This document shows positions 53,884 through 63,601 of a stretch of 64,000 bases of DNA, piece by piece (the first letter of the stretch is position 1; every line of letters starts with the position of its first letter). Below the pieces are notes generated by a model, which had not been told where the DNA came from, did no database searches, and was given only the letters and a program-made list of their open reading frames with translations. The DNA comes from an uncultured delta proteobacterium. GTDB lineage: Bacteria; Desulfobacterota; Syntrophia; Syntrophales; UBA2185. The position numbers and the translations under genes are program-made. The stretch covers positions 246,151-310,150 of the forward strand of contig CAVOID010000004.1 of assembly GCA_963695875.1 (NCBI GenBank), in the 5' to 3' direction.

Positions 53884-54624
53884 TTACAAATTATCAATGG
53901 GACTTAACGCAGCCTCAGCGAGGATTTTAGAGTTGATCTCGTTTCCCTCGAATATCTTTTCGATCACATCGGAAAGCACCGCGTTTATTTGCTGAGCGAG
54001 CTTTTCTTCCGAGAACAGGATGTGATCTAGGCTGGATGTACTGTTGGCCGACACTTTGTAGAAGACCTTGCGCGTCTGTGTGTTGGCGAGAATTACCGAG
54101 ATCTTTGCCTTCGCCCTGTACTTCTTAATAGTAAAGTCATCCACACAGTAAACCTCCAACTCGTCAATGCTTCCTCCGACGAGGATCGGCCCCCATTCCT
54201 CGCGGATGCTGTCTTCTTTAAGGTTCCAGCGCGGCGTGTCCGCGGCGACTTGGTAGCCGGCCTTCTGGAATATTTCTTTCACCGGCGATGTCACGGCCAT
54301 AGATGGTTTCACTAATCTGGGAAGTACGGGTACCTTCCCTCCATAGGGATCCCAGACCCATCCAATTTCCAGTTTGTCGTCTATTTTGCGAAGATCTTCG
54401 AAGGTGGAGACGGTAATCCTGATATCCTTTCCCGGACCTTTTATTTCCGCCATAGGCCTCGTGGGAACGTACTTCATATCCACGCTGTATGCCCCGTGGG
54501 CGCAACCCCACATCAGGGTGAGAAGTGCCAGTCCTGCAATGAAGACCCCCAGTCTGCTTAATGAGTGTAACCGGACTGTGGGCCGATGGTTATTCTCTTT
54601 TCCGGATTGTGCATGAATCATCAT
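53884..54624 (-). CDS. Putative lipoprotein
   Basis: Hydrophobic stretch ending in LMWGC; start codon uncertain. Confidence 0.65.
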   Translation of the reverse strand: MMIHAQSGKENNHRPTVRLHSLSRLGVFIAGLALLTLMWGCAHGAYSVDMKYVPTRPMAEIKGPGKDIRITVSTFEDLRKIDDKLEIGWVWDPYGGKVPVLPRLVKPSMAVTSPVKEIFQKAGYQVAADTPRWNLKEDSIREEWGPILVGGSIDELEVYCVDDFTIKKYRAKAKISVILANTQTRKVFYKVSANSTSSLDHILFSEEKLAQQINAVLSDVIEKIFEGNEINSKILAEAALSPIDNL

Positions 54625-55309
54625 TTTCCTCCTGTCGTGCGCTGGTTCGAGCCCGACCGTTTGTTTTTCTTAATAGGAAATCGCTCACTCCTGCCGGATG
54701 CCGCGTGATGGCCGTGACAGACTTCTCCGGGACGAGTATGCAGCTTTCCGTTATCTGAACACCAATCCTGTCAAGCTTGAGAAGCCGGTACATCGTTTTC
54801 TGTGTTTCCAGCGGCAAGTCACCGTAGCCCGCAGAATACCGCTTCCGTAACAATCTCCTGTTTTCCCGGAGCAGCGTTCTGTTGAAATAGTTCATAATCC
54901 AGTCCAGGGAGGCGTCGACCATTTCGCTTGCTGCCGCATCGAGGACAATGCCGTGTGTCACATTACTTTCGGCGATATCCTTCTCGATCGCATCAATAAT
55001 ACCCGGTCCGGCAGTGGCAGCCATCAGTACGATCTCGCTGCAAGTTCGAAGGAATCTGGCCAGGTGTTTACTTTCAAAGACCAGACTATCGGAAACTGTA
55101 ACTTTTAATCCTTTTATTTCTTTGATAGGCAAGCGCAGGCCCACGCCTTTCAATTGAATGATGGATGCGGCATCCTGGATATGCCGCTCTATCTCTTCTT
55201 TTTGAGAGGGCGATATTTTTGTGACGCCGCTGGCGAATCCCAGGCGTCTGTATATCTCTTTTCGTGGTATGGGGATCGATATGGATTCGAAAAAAAGGAC
55301 AGGCATCAT
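54590..55309 (-). CDS. Stand-alone methionine synthase activation domain
   Basis: [23 protein letters not shown] and PEKSVTA motifs. Confidence 0.88.
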   Translation of the reverse strand: MMPVLFFESISIPIPRKEIYRRLGFASGVTKISPSQKEEIERHIQDAASIIQLKGVGLRLPIKEIKGLKVTVSDSLVFESKHLARFLRTCSEIVLMAATAGPGIIDAIEKDIAESNVTHGIVLDAAASEMVDASLDWIMNYFNRTLLRENRRLLRKRYSAGYGDLPLETQKTMYRLLKLDRIGVQITESCILVPEKSVTAITRHPAGVSDFLLRKTNGRARTSARQEENDDSCTIRKRE

Positions 55310-55803
55310 ATACCTTTTTTTGCCAGGTGTTTCATCAAGCCGCCGTCTTGAATGAGTTCCTGCATGAACGGTGGAATGGGATTAATGAGCAGCGGTGCTA
55401 TACGGCTGTCTATAATCCTGATGCTTCCGTTATCGCCGTCCACCTCGATTTCCTGGCCTTCGGAAACCTTATCCCACAGATCTTTCGATTCAAAAATGGG
55501 CAGGCCGATGTTAAACGCGTTGCGGTAAAATATCCGGGCAAAACTCTTTGCGACGACGCAGGAGATTCCCGCGTACTTGATGGCGATGGGCGCGTGCTCT
55601 CTCGATGAGCCGCAGCCGAAATTCTCCCCTGCCACGATGATGTCACCGGCGCGGATCTTCTTCACAAACTCAGGATCGGCGTCTTCCATGCAGTGGGCGG
55701 CGAGGGCTTCAGGATCGGATGTTGTTAGATAACGTGCCGGGATGATGGCATCGGTGTCGATATTATCTCCGAATTTCCAGACTCTTCCTTTAAATTTCAT
55801 CAT
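55306..55803 (-). CDS. leuD: 3-isopropylmalate dehydratase small subunit
   Basis: [25 protein letters not shown] and FARIFYRN motifs. Confidence 0.95.
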   Translation of the reverse strand: MMKFKGRVWKFGDNIDTDAIIPARYLTTSDPEALAAHCMEDADPEFVKKIRAGDIIVAGENFGCGSSREHAPIAIKYAGISCVVAKSFARIFYRNAFNIGLPIFESKDLWDKVSEGQEIEVDGDNGSIRIIDSRIAPLLINPIPPFMQELIQDGGLMKHLAKKGI

Positions 55804-55807
55804 CGTT

Positions 55808-57082
55808 TTAATCCCTGTTCCCCAACACTTCCTCCGGACCGGCGATCCGCCCTAATACCGCTGACGCCGCGGCAACAGCAGGACCGGCAAGATATACTTC
55901 ACTGCCGGTATGGCCCATGCGTCCGACAAAATTCCTGTTTGTCGTGGATACCGCCCGCTCACCATCCGCCAGGACCCCCATGTGGCCGCCCAGACAGGCG
56001 CCGCACGTGGGTGTGCTGACCACCGCGTTGGCATCGATAAATATCTCTATAAGGCCCTCCTTCAGGGCCGCTTTGTATATTTCCTGAGTGGCGGGTACGA
56101 TAATCAAACGGATATAAGGCGCCACCTTTCTTCCCTTCAAAATACCGGCTGCAACCCGGAGGTCTTCTATCCTCCCGTTGGTGCATGATCCGATGACAAC
56201 CTGATCGATTTTGACATCACCCACCTGGCTGATACCCCTTACGTTCGAAGGTATATGGGGAAATGCCACCTGCGGCTCGATCTTGCTCACATCGATGTCG
56301 ATGGTAGAAGCATACGTGGCATCGGAGTCCGAGGTATATAACGTATAGGTACGCTTTGCCCTTTCCTGCACATAAGACTTCGTTATATCATCAGGGATAA
56401 AGATACCGTTTTTCGCGCCCGCCTCGATTACCATATTAGCGATGGTCAACCGGTCTGACATGCCGAGATGGCAGACAGTCTCACCGGTGAACTCCATGGC
56501 CATGTACCGCGCCCCGTCAACGCCGATCAAGCCGATGGTATGGAGGATCAGGTCTTTACCGGAAACCCACTTCTTCATCTTGCCGTGAAGGACGATCTTC
56601 ATCGTTTCGGGAACCCGGAGCCAGATCTCACCCGTCAACATCGCCGCCGCCAGGTCTGTACTGCCTACGCCGGTGGCAAAGGCCCCGAGAGCGCCGTATG
56701 TGCAGGTGTGGCTGTCGGCGCCGATGACCAGATCTCCGGGAAGTACGACGCCCTGTTCGGGAAGGAGGGCATGCTCGATGCCCGCTTCGCCGACCTCGTA
56801 ATAGTGGGTGATCTCCTGTTCCTGTGCAAATTTTCTGATGAATTTACACTGCTGGGCGGAATCGATGTCCTTATTAGGTGTAAAGTGATCGGGCACAAGC
56901 ACTACCTTGTCCCTGTCAAACACCCGAACACCCCCGGCCTTTTTGAATTCAACTATAGCGATAGGAGCCGTTATATCATTCCCGAGGGCGATATCCACTT
57001 TCGCGTTTATCAGCATCCCGGGATGAACTTCTTTAAGATCCGTGTGGCTGCACAGTATCTTTTCTGTGATGGTCATTCCCAC
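55808..57082 (-). CDS. leuC: 3-isopropylmalate dehydratase large subunit
   Basis: DSHTCT, GSCTNGR, CGACLG and TNRNF motifs. Confidence 0.95.
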   Translation of the reverse strand: MGMTITEKILCSHTDLKEVHPGMLINAKVDIALGNDITAPIAIVEFKKAGGVRVFDRDKVVLVPDHFTPNKDIDSAQQCKFIRKFAQEQEITHYYEVGEAGIEHALLPEQGVVLPGDLVIGADSHTCTYGALGAFATGVGSTDLAAAMLTGEIWLRVPETMKIVLHGKMKKWVSGKDLILHTIGLIGVDGARYMAMEFTGETVCHLGMSDRLTIANMVIEAGAKNGIFIPDDITKSYVQERAKRTYTLYTSDSDATYASTIDIDVSKIEPQVAFPHIPSNVRGISQVGDVKIDQVVIGSCTNGRIEDLRVAAGILKGRKVAPYIRLIIVPATQEIYKAALKEGLIEIFIDANAVVSTPTCGACLGGHMGVLADGERAVSTTNRNFVGRMGHTGSEVYLAGPAVAAASAVLGRIAGPEEVLGNRD

Positions 57083-57101
57083 TTTGATTTCCCACCTTCC
57101 T

Positions 57102-57198
57102 TGTCACCCTGAGTATTGTAACCCCTGTCACCCTGAGCTATGTCACAGTGAGCCTGTCGAACTGCGAAGGGTCGTCCTTCGATAAACTCAGGATGGCC
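57102..57198. repeat. Nested TGTC-tagged palindrome cluster at the 3' end of the GIY-YIG gene
   Basis: TGTCACCCTGAGCTA[TGTCACAGTGAGCCTGTCGAACTG]CGAAGGG...TCCTTCGATAAACTCAGGATGGC. Confidence 0.85.
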
Positions 57199-57484
57199 AA
57201 GGGTGCTTCCTCGATAGCACAACCAACCTATCAAAATCCGAGGCAATCAGTGCTTCCTTCTTTCTTCTTGACCATCCCTTGATCTGCTTTTCTCTCTCAA
57301 TAGCTTCACGAATATCACGAAACTCACTTACAAATGCGAGTTTCAACGGTCTTCTTCCATGAGTATAACAATACTTGATCAATCCCTCTTGATGCTCGTA
57401 GAATCTTTTTTCAATATCATTGGTCACGCCCGTATAGTAACTGCCGTCATTGCATAGCAGGATATAAACAAAATAGCAGTTCAT
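57188..57484 (-). CDS. Small GIY-YIG nuclease (UPF0213/YhbQ-like)
   Basis: FVYIL.C.DGSYYTGVTND...R..EH and A..REKQIKGWSR.KKEALI motifs. Likely start MNCYF at 57484. Confidence 0.92.
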   Translation of the reverse strand: MNCYFVYILLCNDGSYYTGVTNDIEKRFYEHQEGLIKYCYTHGRRPLKLAFVSEFRDIREAIEREKQIKGWSRRKKEALIASDFDRLVVLSRKHPWPS

Positions 57485-57505
57485 ATGCCTCATGTCCTTC
57501 AACCA

Positions 57506-57722
57506 TGTCACCCTGAGCTATTGTCACAGTGTGTCACTTCGACGGGCCAGTACGAAGCGCTGTCGAACTGCGAAGGGACATCCTTCGATAAACTCAGGAT
57601 GACAAGTTGTATTTATTACCCTGAATCTTTCAACCGTTGTTACCCTGAGCTATGTAACCCCTGCAACCCTGAGCTATGTCACAGTGAGCCTTCGACGGGC
57701 TCGGACAGGTCGACTGCGAAAT
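57506..57722. repeat. Nested TGTC-tagged palindrome cluster at the 5' end of the GIY-YIG gene
   Basis: TGTCACCCTGAGCTAT[TGTCACAGTG...TGTCGAACTG]CGAAGGG...TCCTTCGATAAACTCAGGATGACA, plus further partial CCCTGAGCTATGT copies. Confidence 0.85.
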
Positions 57723-57759
57723 GTTCAGTGTACTTATTCCCTTACACCATTATCCTTCA

Positions 57760-59315
57760 TTATTCAACTTTAACCTTTTTCACATCGCCTTTGAGAAACT
57801 CAAGACGGTTTAACGCATTGATATACGCCTTTGCGGAAGCAACGATTACATCGGGTTCGGCGCCGCGTCCGGCCACGGAGCGACCGCTGTACTTGAGTTG
57901 AACCATGACCTCTCCAAGGGCGTCAGTTCCTGCGGTAACAGCGGAAACGACGTACTTCAGCAGGTGATAGTTCGTCTTCGTAATTTTTCTGATCGCCGCG
58001 AATGTCGCATCCACAGGCCCGACGCCGAAACCGGCATCCTGGATTATTTTTCCATCGACCTCCATCTGCATCGTCGCCGTAGGTATAGCCACGTTGCCGC
58101 TTACCACATTGAGATAAACCAGTTTGTACCTCTCGGCAATCTTGTAGACTTCTTCATATACAATAGCCTCCAGGTCTTCATCAAAAATATCTTTCTTGAC
58201 ATCGGCCAGTTCCTTGAACCGCACAAAAACTTTTTTCACCTCGTCGGCGGTCAGTTTATAACCCATTTTTTTGAGATGCTCGGAAACCGCATGACGGCCT
58301 GAATGTTTCCCAAGAACGAGGTGAGTCCCGGAAATACCGACAGACTGGGGAGTCATAATCTCATACGTGATCTTTTCCTTGATCAGACCATCCTGATGGA
58401 TACCGGATTCGTGGGCAAAGGCATTCGCCCCGACAATCGCCTTGTTCGGCTGAACGGGTATGCCTGTGATGTGCGTCAAAAGTCTCGACGACTGGTAGAT
58501 GTGTTCCGTTTTGATCCCCGTATGAAGTCCGAAGAAGTCCTTCCTGGTTGCCAGGGCCATCACCACTTCTTCCATGGCGGCATTGCCCGCCCTTTCCCCG
58601 ATCCCGTTGATGGTGCATTCCACCTGCCTTGCCCCGTTTTTAACAGCAGCCAGTGAATTTGCCACCGCAAGTCCCAGATCATTATGACAGTGAACGGAAA
58701 TAACAGCCTTCCTGATATTTTTGACCTTCTTGAACAGATAGGCGATCAGGCTGCCAAATTCATCGGGTATGATATAGCCCACCGTGTCAGGGATGTTCAC
58801 GGTGGTAGCCCCCTTTGCGATCACCGCTTCCAGTAATGTCGCAGAGGTAATCCCAATCCGTTCTCGTTGCGTCCATCGGTGAAAACTCAACATTCGTCGT
58901 ATACGCGCAGGCGTGAGCTACGGCGGCACAGGCCTCTTTCAGGACCTGAGACCGCGTCTTTTTGAGCTGGTACTTCAGGTGTATATCGGATGTTGAAATA
59001 AAAGTGTGAATCCGCGGATGAGCAGCCTCTTTAATCGCATCCCATGCCCGATCGATATCGGCAATATCGGCCCTTGCCAGGGCGGCAATCTGCGGCTCTC
59101 TGACCTCCCGGGCAATCTGCTGTACGGCAAGGAAGTCTCCTTCCGACGCAACCGGGAATCCGGCTTCAATGATATCCACTCCCAGTCTTTCGAGTTGGAT
59201 GAGCGACACGCAGTTTCTCATCCAGGTTCATGCTTGCCCCCGGTGACTGCTCCCCATCCCTGAGCGTTGTGTCGAATATGAATACCCTCTCCTTCTCCTT
59301 CTTTTTCGAATTCAT
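57760..59315 (-). CDS. leuA: 2-isopropylmalate synthase; frameshifted
   Basis: [41 protein letters not shown] and the C-terminal regulatory domain GVGPVDA. Confidence 0.95.
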
Positions 59316-59351
59316 CTTCTCCTCCTTTTTCCCCGGAAATATGATTCTCAA

Positions 59352-59690
59352 TGTCATTCCCGCGAAAATCATCCACATTCTGTCATTCCGGACGTGATCC
59401 GGAATCTAGTCCTTCTAACTGTCATTCCTACGAAAATAGATTCCATAAATTCCCCCTTTAGAAAAGGGGGGCTGGGGGGATTTGATAATCGCGTGTAAAA
59501 TCCCCCTGAGCTATGTCACAGTGAGCCTTCGAGGGTCAGGACACTCTGTCAACTGCGAAACTTGTCACCGTGCCTTATAACTCGTCACCCTAATTATTCC
59601 AGTAGCATTATCCGAAACTGGGGGGATCGATTCCGTGAAATCCCCCTGAGCTATGTCACCCTGAGCCTGTCGAAGGGTCATCCTCACGGT
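59352..59690. repeat. Mixed palindromic repeat cluster in the leuA 5' leader
   Basis: Three TGTCATTCC units, TCCCCCTTTAGAAAAGGGGG and two AAATCCCCCTGAGCTATGTCAC copies. Confidence 0.75.
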
Positions 59691-59724
59691 GCAACCACGG
59701 TGCATTGACTTTACAATACAAAAT

Positions 59725-59762
59725 AAAAAAGGCCATGGAGCTTCTTTGAGCCCATGGCCTTT
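59725..59762 (-). terminator. Attenuator terminator of the leu operon
   Basis: AAAGGCCATGG-GCTCAAAGAAGCT-CCATGGCCTTTTTT. Confidence 0.85.
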
Positions 59763-59784
59763 AGGTACGTATTTTTCAGATCAA

Positions 59785-59904
59785 TTACGGATTACCTAAA
59801 AACGACGGGCGTCTGGTATTTAGCAAAAGGCTAAGAAGGGCGAGGCCCAGCAGGCTCACCAAGCTGATCAAATTAACTAATGCCTTTTTCATACCCATCG
59901 TCAT
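59785..59904 (-). CDS. Leucine-rich leader peptide (39 aa from the first ATG)
   Basis: MTMGMKKALVNLISLVSLLGLALLSLLLNTRRPSFLGNP contains 12 Leu and lies directly upstream of the terminator and leuA. Confidence 0.8.
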   Translation of the reverse strand: MTMGMKKALVNLISLVSLLGLALLSLLLNTRRPSFLGNP

Positions 59905-60142
59905 TTTCGACAAATCCTTATAAAGGTTGAAGAAAAAATATAACAATATTGCATCTCTGTCAAGATTTATTTTTTCAAGGAAGAGAAGACCTTTAAAAGA
60001 CTATCGTCAACGCCAGCAATAAACTTTATTCTCAATACGATCTTTATGTAATTTCTTGACCATCAGGCGGGTTTTCGCCATAATGCAACGAATTGTAAAA
60101 TAAGTATTGAAATAAACGTTAGTCGTAAATGGGATAAATCAG

Positions 60143-60608
60143 ATGCATAGAAGATGTAAGAAGAAAAGACAGGGAATTAAGCATTGATCTTGCAACTAAG
60201 TTGTTCTCAGAATGTGAATATGGCTTTTTGTGCACTGTTGATATTAATGGACAGCCATATGGAATTCCATTGAACTATGTTTATAAAGACAATTGTGTGT
60301 ATTTCCACTGTGCCTTAGAGGGGCACAAATTGGAAAATATAAAAGCTAATAAAAAAGTTTCTTTTTGTGTTGTTGGCAGGACAAAGGTTATTCCTGACAA
60401 ATTTACAACACAATATGAAAGTGCGGTTGCTTTTGGATCGGCTTCAGAGGTGTATGGGAGCGAGAAACAGGATGCATTATTAAGTTTCTTAGGAAAATAC
60501 TCTCCTGGTTTCCTTGAAGAAGGTAAAAAATTTATTGATAAAATGAGCGAAAAGACCAGAGTTATAAAAATAGATATTGACCACATAACTGGGAAGGCGA
60601 GGAAATGA
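60143..60608 (+). CDS. Pyridoxamine 5'-phosphate oxidase-family (NimA-like) flavin-binding protein; 5' frameshift
   Basis: RRKDRE, PYGIPLNY, YFHCA.EGHK and ITGK motifs. Confidence 0.88.
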
Positions 60609-60877
60609 TTGTTGTTAGAAAGGTGGGAAACTTTTACCACCTCAGCATATCTCTCTTTGGATTACCTCTATGCTCAATACACCAAGTGTGTTATCTTGAA
60701 AAAAAATTAGAGTAATAATATTTTTCAATGAAATCTTATATTTTTAAGAAAATGCATATTATCTTAAATATTCTCAGAAATGGCTGTGACGGGTTGGAGT
60801 GAACCCCACCGATTGCACAAAATATGATAGAGTATTAGACAGGATCATCACCCCATAAGGGGAGAAAGGATCATGTC

Positions 60878-61228
60878 ATGAAGTATAGAAGGTTCACTCA
60901 GGATTTTAAAAGATCACTTGTAGAGCAGTTGCTCAGTGAAACAGTTGGGCCTGCGGAACTTTGCAGGCGTTATAACATTTCTTCCGGCCAGTTGTACACG
61001 TGGAAGAGGCAATATGCCGATGGCAAGCTGAATGCCGAACCTTCCAGGGAAGCGGAACTGGCAGCAAGGGTTCAGGAGCTTGAACGTCTGCTTGGCAAGG
61101 TCACCCTGGAGAACGAGTTCTTAAAAAGAGCCGTCAGGAACAACCTCAAACGAACCGAGAAAAGAGAAAGTTCATTGCCGAGAATCGCGCCCTTGTCCAA
61201 AGCATTCAAAGGGGGTGCGAACTCATGA
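60878..61228 (+). CDS. IS3 transposase OrfA
   Basis: RRFTQDFK...ELCRRYNIS...LYTWKRQ HTH and leucine zipper ELERLLG...ENEFLK. Confidence 0.92.
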   Translation: MKYRRFTQDFKRSLVEQLLSETVGPAELCRRYNISSGQLYTWKRQYADGKLNAEPSREAELAARVQELERLLGKVTLENEFLKRAVRNNLKRTEKRESSLPRIAPLSKAFKGGANS

Positions 61229-62045
61229 ATCTGCCCCGGAGAAGTTTTTACCATAAGGAGAAAGAAAAAGCTCCTGATAAGGTCTTGGAGTCCCGTATTG
61301 GTGATATCTGCCTGGAGTTTTCCGGTTACGGGTACCGAAGAGTCACCAGAGCAACTTCATCGGGAAGGATGGAGAGTCAACCACAAGAAGGTCTACCGGA
61401 TCATGCGTGAGAAAGGATTGGCTCTGTCGTCCCAGGAAGAAGAAGTGGGTTACAACGACAGACAGCAATCATGGATTCCGGATCTATCCGAACCTTGTGA
61501 AAGACATCAAGATAAACGCCATAAATCAGGTCTGGGTGGCCGATATCACCTACATCCATATCCTGGTATGCTTTGTTTACCTGGCGGTCATTCTGGACGT
61601 CTATTCGAGAAAGGCTATCGGTTATGCCCTGTCCAGGAAAATTGACACCAACCTGACCCTGGATGCTTTACGCATGGCCATACACAACAGGCAACCAAAA
61701 CCGGGTTGTATCCATCATTCAGATCGAGGCGTTCAGTATGCCTCTGCTGATTATGTAAAAGAGCTTGAGTTCTATGGTTTTCAGATCAGCATGAGCCGCA
61801 AGGGAAATCCCTATGACAATGCTTATGCCGAGAGTTTCATCAAAACCCTGAAGTCAGAGGAGGTTCAGCTCTGGGAATACCGGACCATGGAAGATGTTCA
61901 AAAAAGGATTCCCTATTTCATCGAGGATGTGTATAACCAGAAACGCTTGCACTCCTCTTTGGGCTATCGGCCTCCTTGTGAGTTTGAGAAGATGTTAACA
62001 TTAACCCATAACCCCTGTCAGGATACTCTAATTGTATTGCCCTGA
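61225..62045 (+). CDS. IS3 transposase OrfB (DDE); frameshifted
   Basis: YGYRR, WVADITY, HHSDRGVQY, DNAYAES and YNQKRLHSSLGY motifs. Confidence 0.92.
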
Positions 62046-62101
62046 TCTGTGCAATGTAAGGGGTTCAGTTCAGGTCGTATTAAATTCTGTCAGCATACTT
62101 A

Positions 62102-62956
62102 TTGTTCAACTTTTTACTGTCTATCCAACATTACAAGTACATATTAATTCAACTCAAAGAAAACAAATATGTTGTAATGATTGTGAGGAGTCACAATATG
62201 AATATATTTCAATGGATAAAAAAATATTCTAAAGATCCTAAGACAGGGCTTGAGGTGTTACTCTTATTGGCATTAGTTACAATTGGATACTTTTATATTT
62301 ATGTTTACCAAAATATGCTTCACATTAATGTTAAATTTCTTGACTTGAATGAATTAATGAAAATTGGCTTTATTGAAATTGTTATTGTTCCTTTAATTTA
62401 TTATGTCATCATTAAGTCAGATCCGTTACAACGATCTACGAGCGAAAAAAAATCAATAAAGTTTTTTCAAAATCAGTTCCCAAGCAAATATTTAATCGAG
62501 AGATGTGCAAGATGTGTTGAGGACGAGAACTCTTGTCCTAACTATATCAAGGCAGGATCTTTTGACCATATAAAATATTGGTTTAATGATATTTTCCATG
62601 GAGTAATAGAAAAAGAGTCCCCGGAAATAGTGAAAGAGACGTTTGGGAAAGGGTATACATGCAAATTGGTTTACAATTCGCTATTGTTTATTGGCATTTT
62701 TTTCCTTCTAGGAGTAGGTGTCATATTATATCATCATATATCTCTTTATCTTTCCGGGACGTTTAAGGTTGACGTGACAGCGTTTCAAATAATTTTTCTC
62801 TTAGTTGCCGTATTCATGATTGTTTTAATAAGAGCATTTAATAGTCCTGATGAAAACAAACCTAGTGGCTGTTGGCACGCTTGGAGAGAAATTAATGGAA
62901 TTCATATATCTTGGCTGGAGCACCGTGATGGCGGGCGGCTGACGCCCGGCCGTTAG
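62102..62956 (+). CDS. Hypothetical AT-rich membrane protein whose C-terminus runs into an attC half-site
   Basis: About four TM segments and a CxxC-x6-C motif. The last codons lie in GC-rich attC-like sequence. Start uncertain. Confidence 0.65.
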   Translation: MFNFLLSIQHYKYILIQLKENKYVVMIVRSHNMNIFQWIKKYSKDPKTGLEVLLLLALVTIGYFYIYVYQNMLHINVKFLDLNELMKIGFIEIVIVPLIYYVIIKSDPLQRSTSEKKSIKFFQNQFPSKYLIERCARCVEDENSCPNYIKAGSFDHIKYWFNDIFHGVIEKESPEIVKETFGKGYTCKLVYNSLLFIGIFFLLGVGVILYHHISLYLSGTFKVDVTAFQIIFLLVAVFMIVLIRAFNSPDENKPSGCWHAWREINGIHISWLEHRDGGRLTPGR

Positions 62957-62958
62957 CC
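62925..62958 (+). other. Right half of an integron attC site (5'-truncated)
   Basis: GCGGCTGACGCCCGGCC followed by GTTAGCC (GTTRRRY-like core). No RYYYAAC immediately upstream. Confidence 0.6.
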
Positions 62959-62999
62959 GTAGAAAAATAGTATGTCATGCTATGAGGGGTATAGCATAA

Positions 63000-63540
63000 T
63001 TGGAAACCTTCACTGAATTGAAAGAATTAGCGGAAAATCCTCATTATCAATTGCAAAAACAGAAAACTTTATGCGATCTCAATGATGACATGATTGACAT
63101 GCCTATTGTAGGTCTCATCAACGGGTTTAACAAATTACCTTATTGTTTCACTCTGCAAAGCTGTTATGGCCACTTTGTTTATAACGGTCAAAAAGATACT
63201 CATAACCTTGATCCTTTACCGACAAAAGAAATCATTGCCGAAGTGGAATACAGGATCGCCTATATTGCATTCTGCATTGAGAACAGTGCTTCGGGAAGAG
63301 GGCTGTTTGAGGCATTAAAGGAAATCACGGCTATCGATCCGGAAAACATCCAGTTTTGTTGTGCAGAATGGTTCTGGAAAAGACAGATCAATTCTTATGC
63401 GTTGCAAGTTGAGCCGGACAGGTTCAAGACGCAAAGACACGGCAATACTTGATTTCAAGGAAGCTTTGCATATTGAAAAGATACGAAATACATTTTTCAT
63501 TCGGCTATATGAATTGCTTGAAAATGCAAAACAAAATTAA
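63000..63540 (+). CDS. Gene-cassette hypothetical protein; frameshift near 63430
   Basis: FNKLPYCFTLQSCYGH. An alternative frame continues KDTAILDFKEALHIEK...AKQN to a stop 4 bp before attC. Confidence 0.7.
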
Positions 63541-63544
63541 AATC

Positions 63545-63601
63545 GGCTAACAAGGCATCCCACCGGACGACTAAAGCCGCCGGTGATGCCAGCCGTTAGG
63601 C
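63545..63601 (+). other. Integron attC recombination site (57 bp)
   Basis: R'' GGCTAAC, inner arms GGCATC(CC)ACCGG / CCGGTGATGCC and R' GTTAGGC. Confidence 0.85.

Larger units (their letters stand above)
60795..62072 (+). mobile_element. IS3-family insertion sequence (1278 bp)
   Basis: Left end TGGAGTGAACCCCACCGATTGCACA and right end (reverse complement) TGAACTGAACCCCTTACATTGCACA, flanked by 3-bp direct repeat GGT. Confidence 0.93.

Noticed and set aside
57102..57722. Repeat clusters as a CRISPR array
   Set aside because: The units are nested and irregular, there are no unique constant-length spacers, and no cas genes are present.
60720..62110. IS3 insertion disrupting a gene
   Set aside because: Joining the flanks across the GGT duplication gave only short ORFs in the frames I checked, so the insertion looks intergenic.
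15457..63540. Many frameshifts (MFS, P-type ATPase, ABM, GYD, meaB, pxpA, pxpC, ribF, nfi, metH, leuA, IS3 orfB and others) as mass pseudogenisation or programmed frameshifting
   Set aside because: They are scattered single-base indels, often near short homopolymers, and they hit normally essential genes such as ribF. Long-read consensus error is the simpler explanation. Read polishing would settle it.
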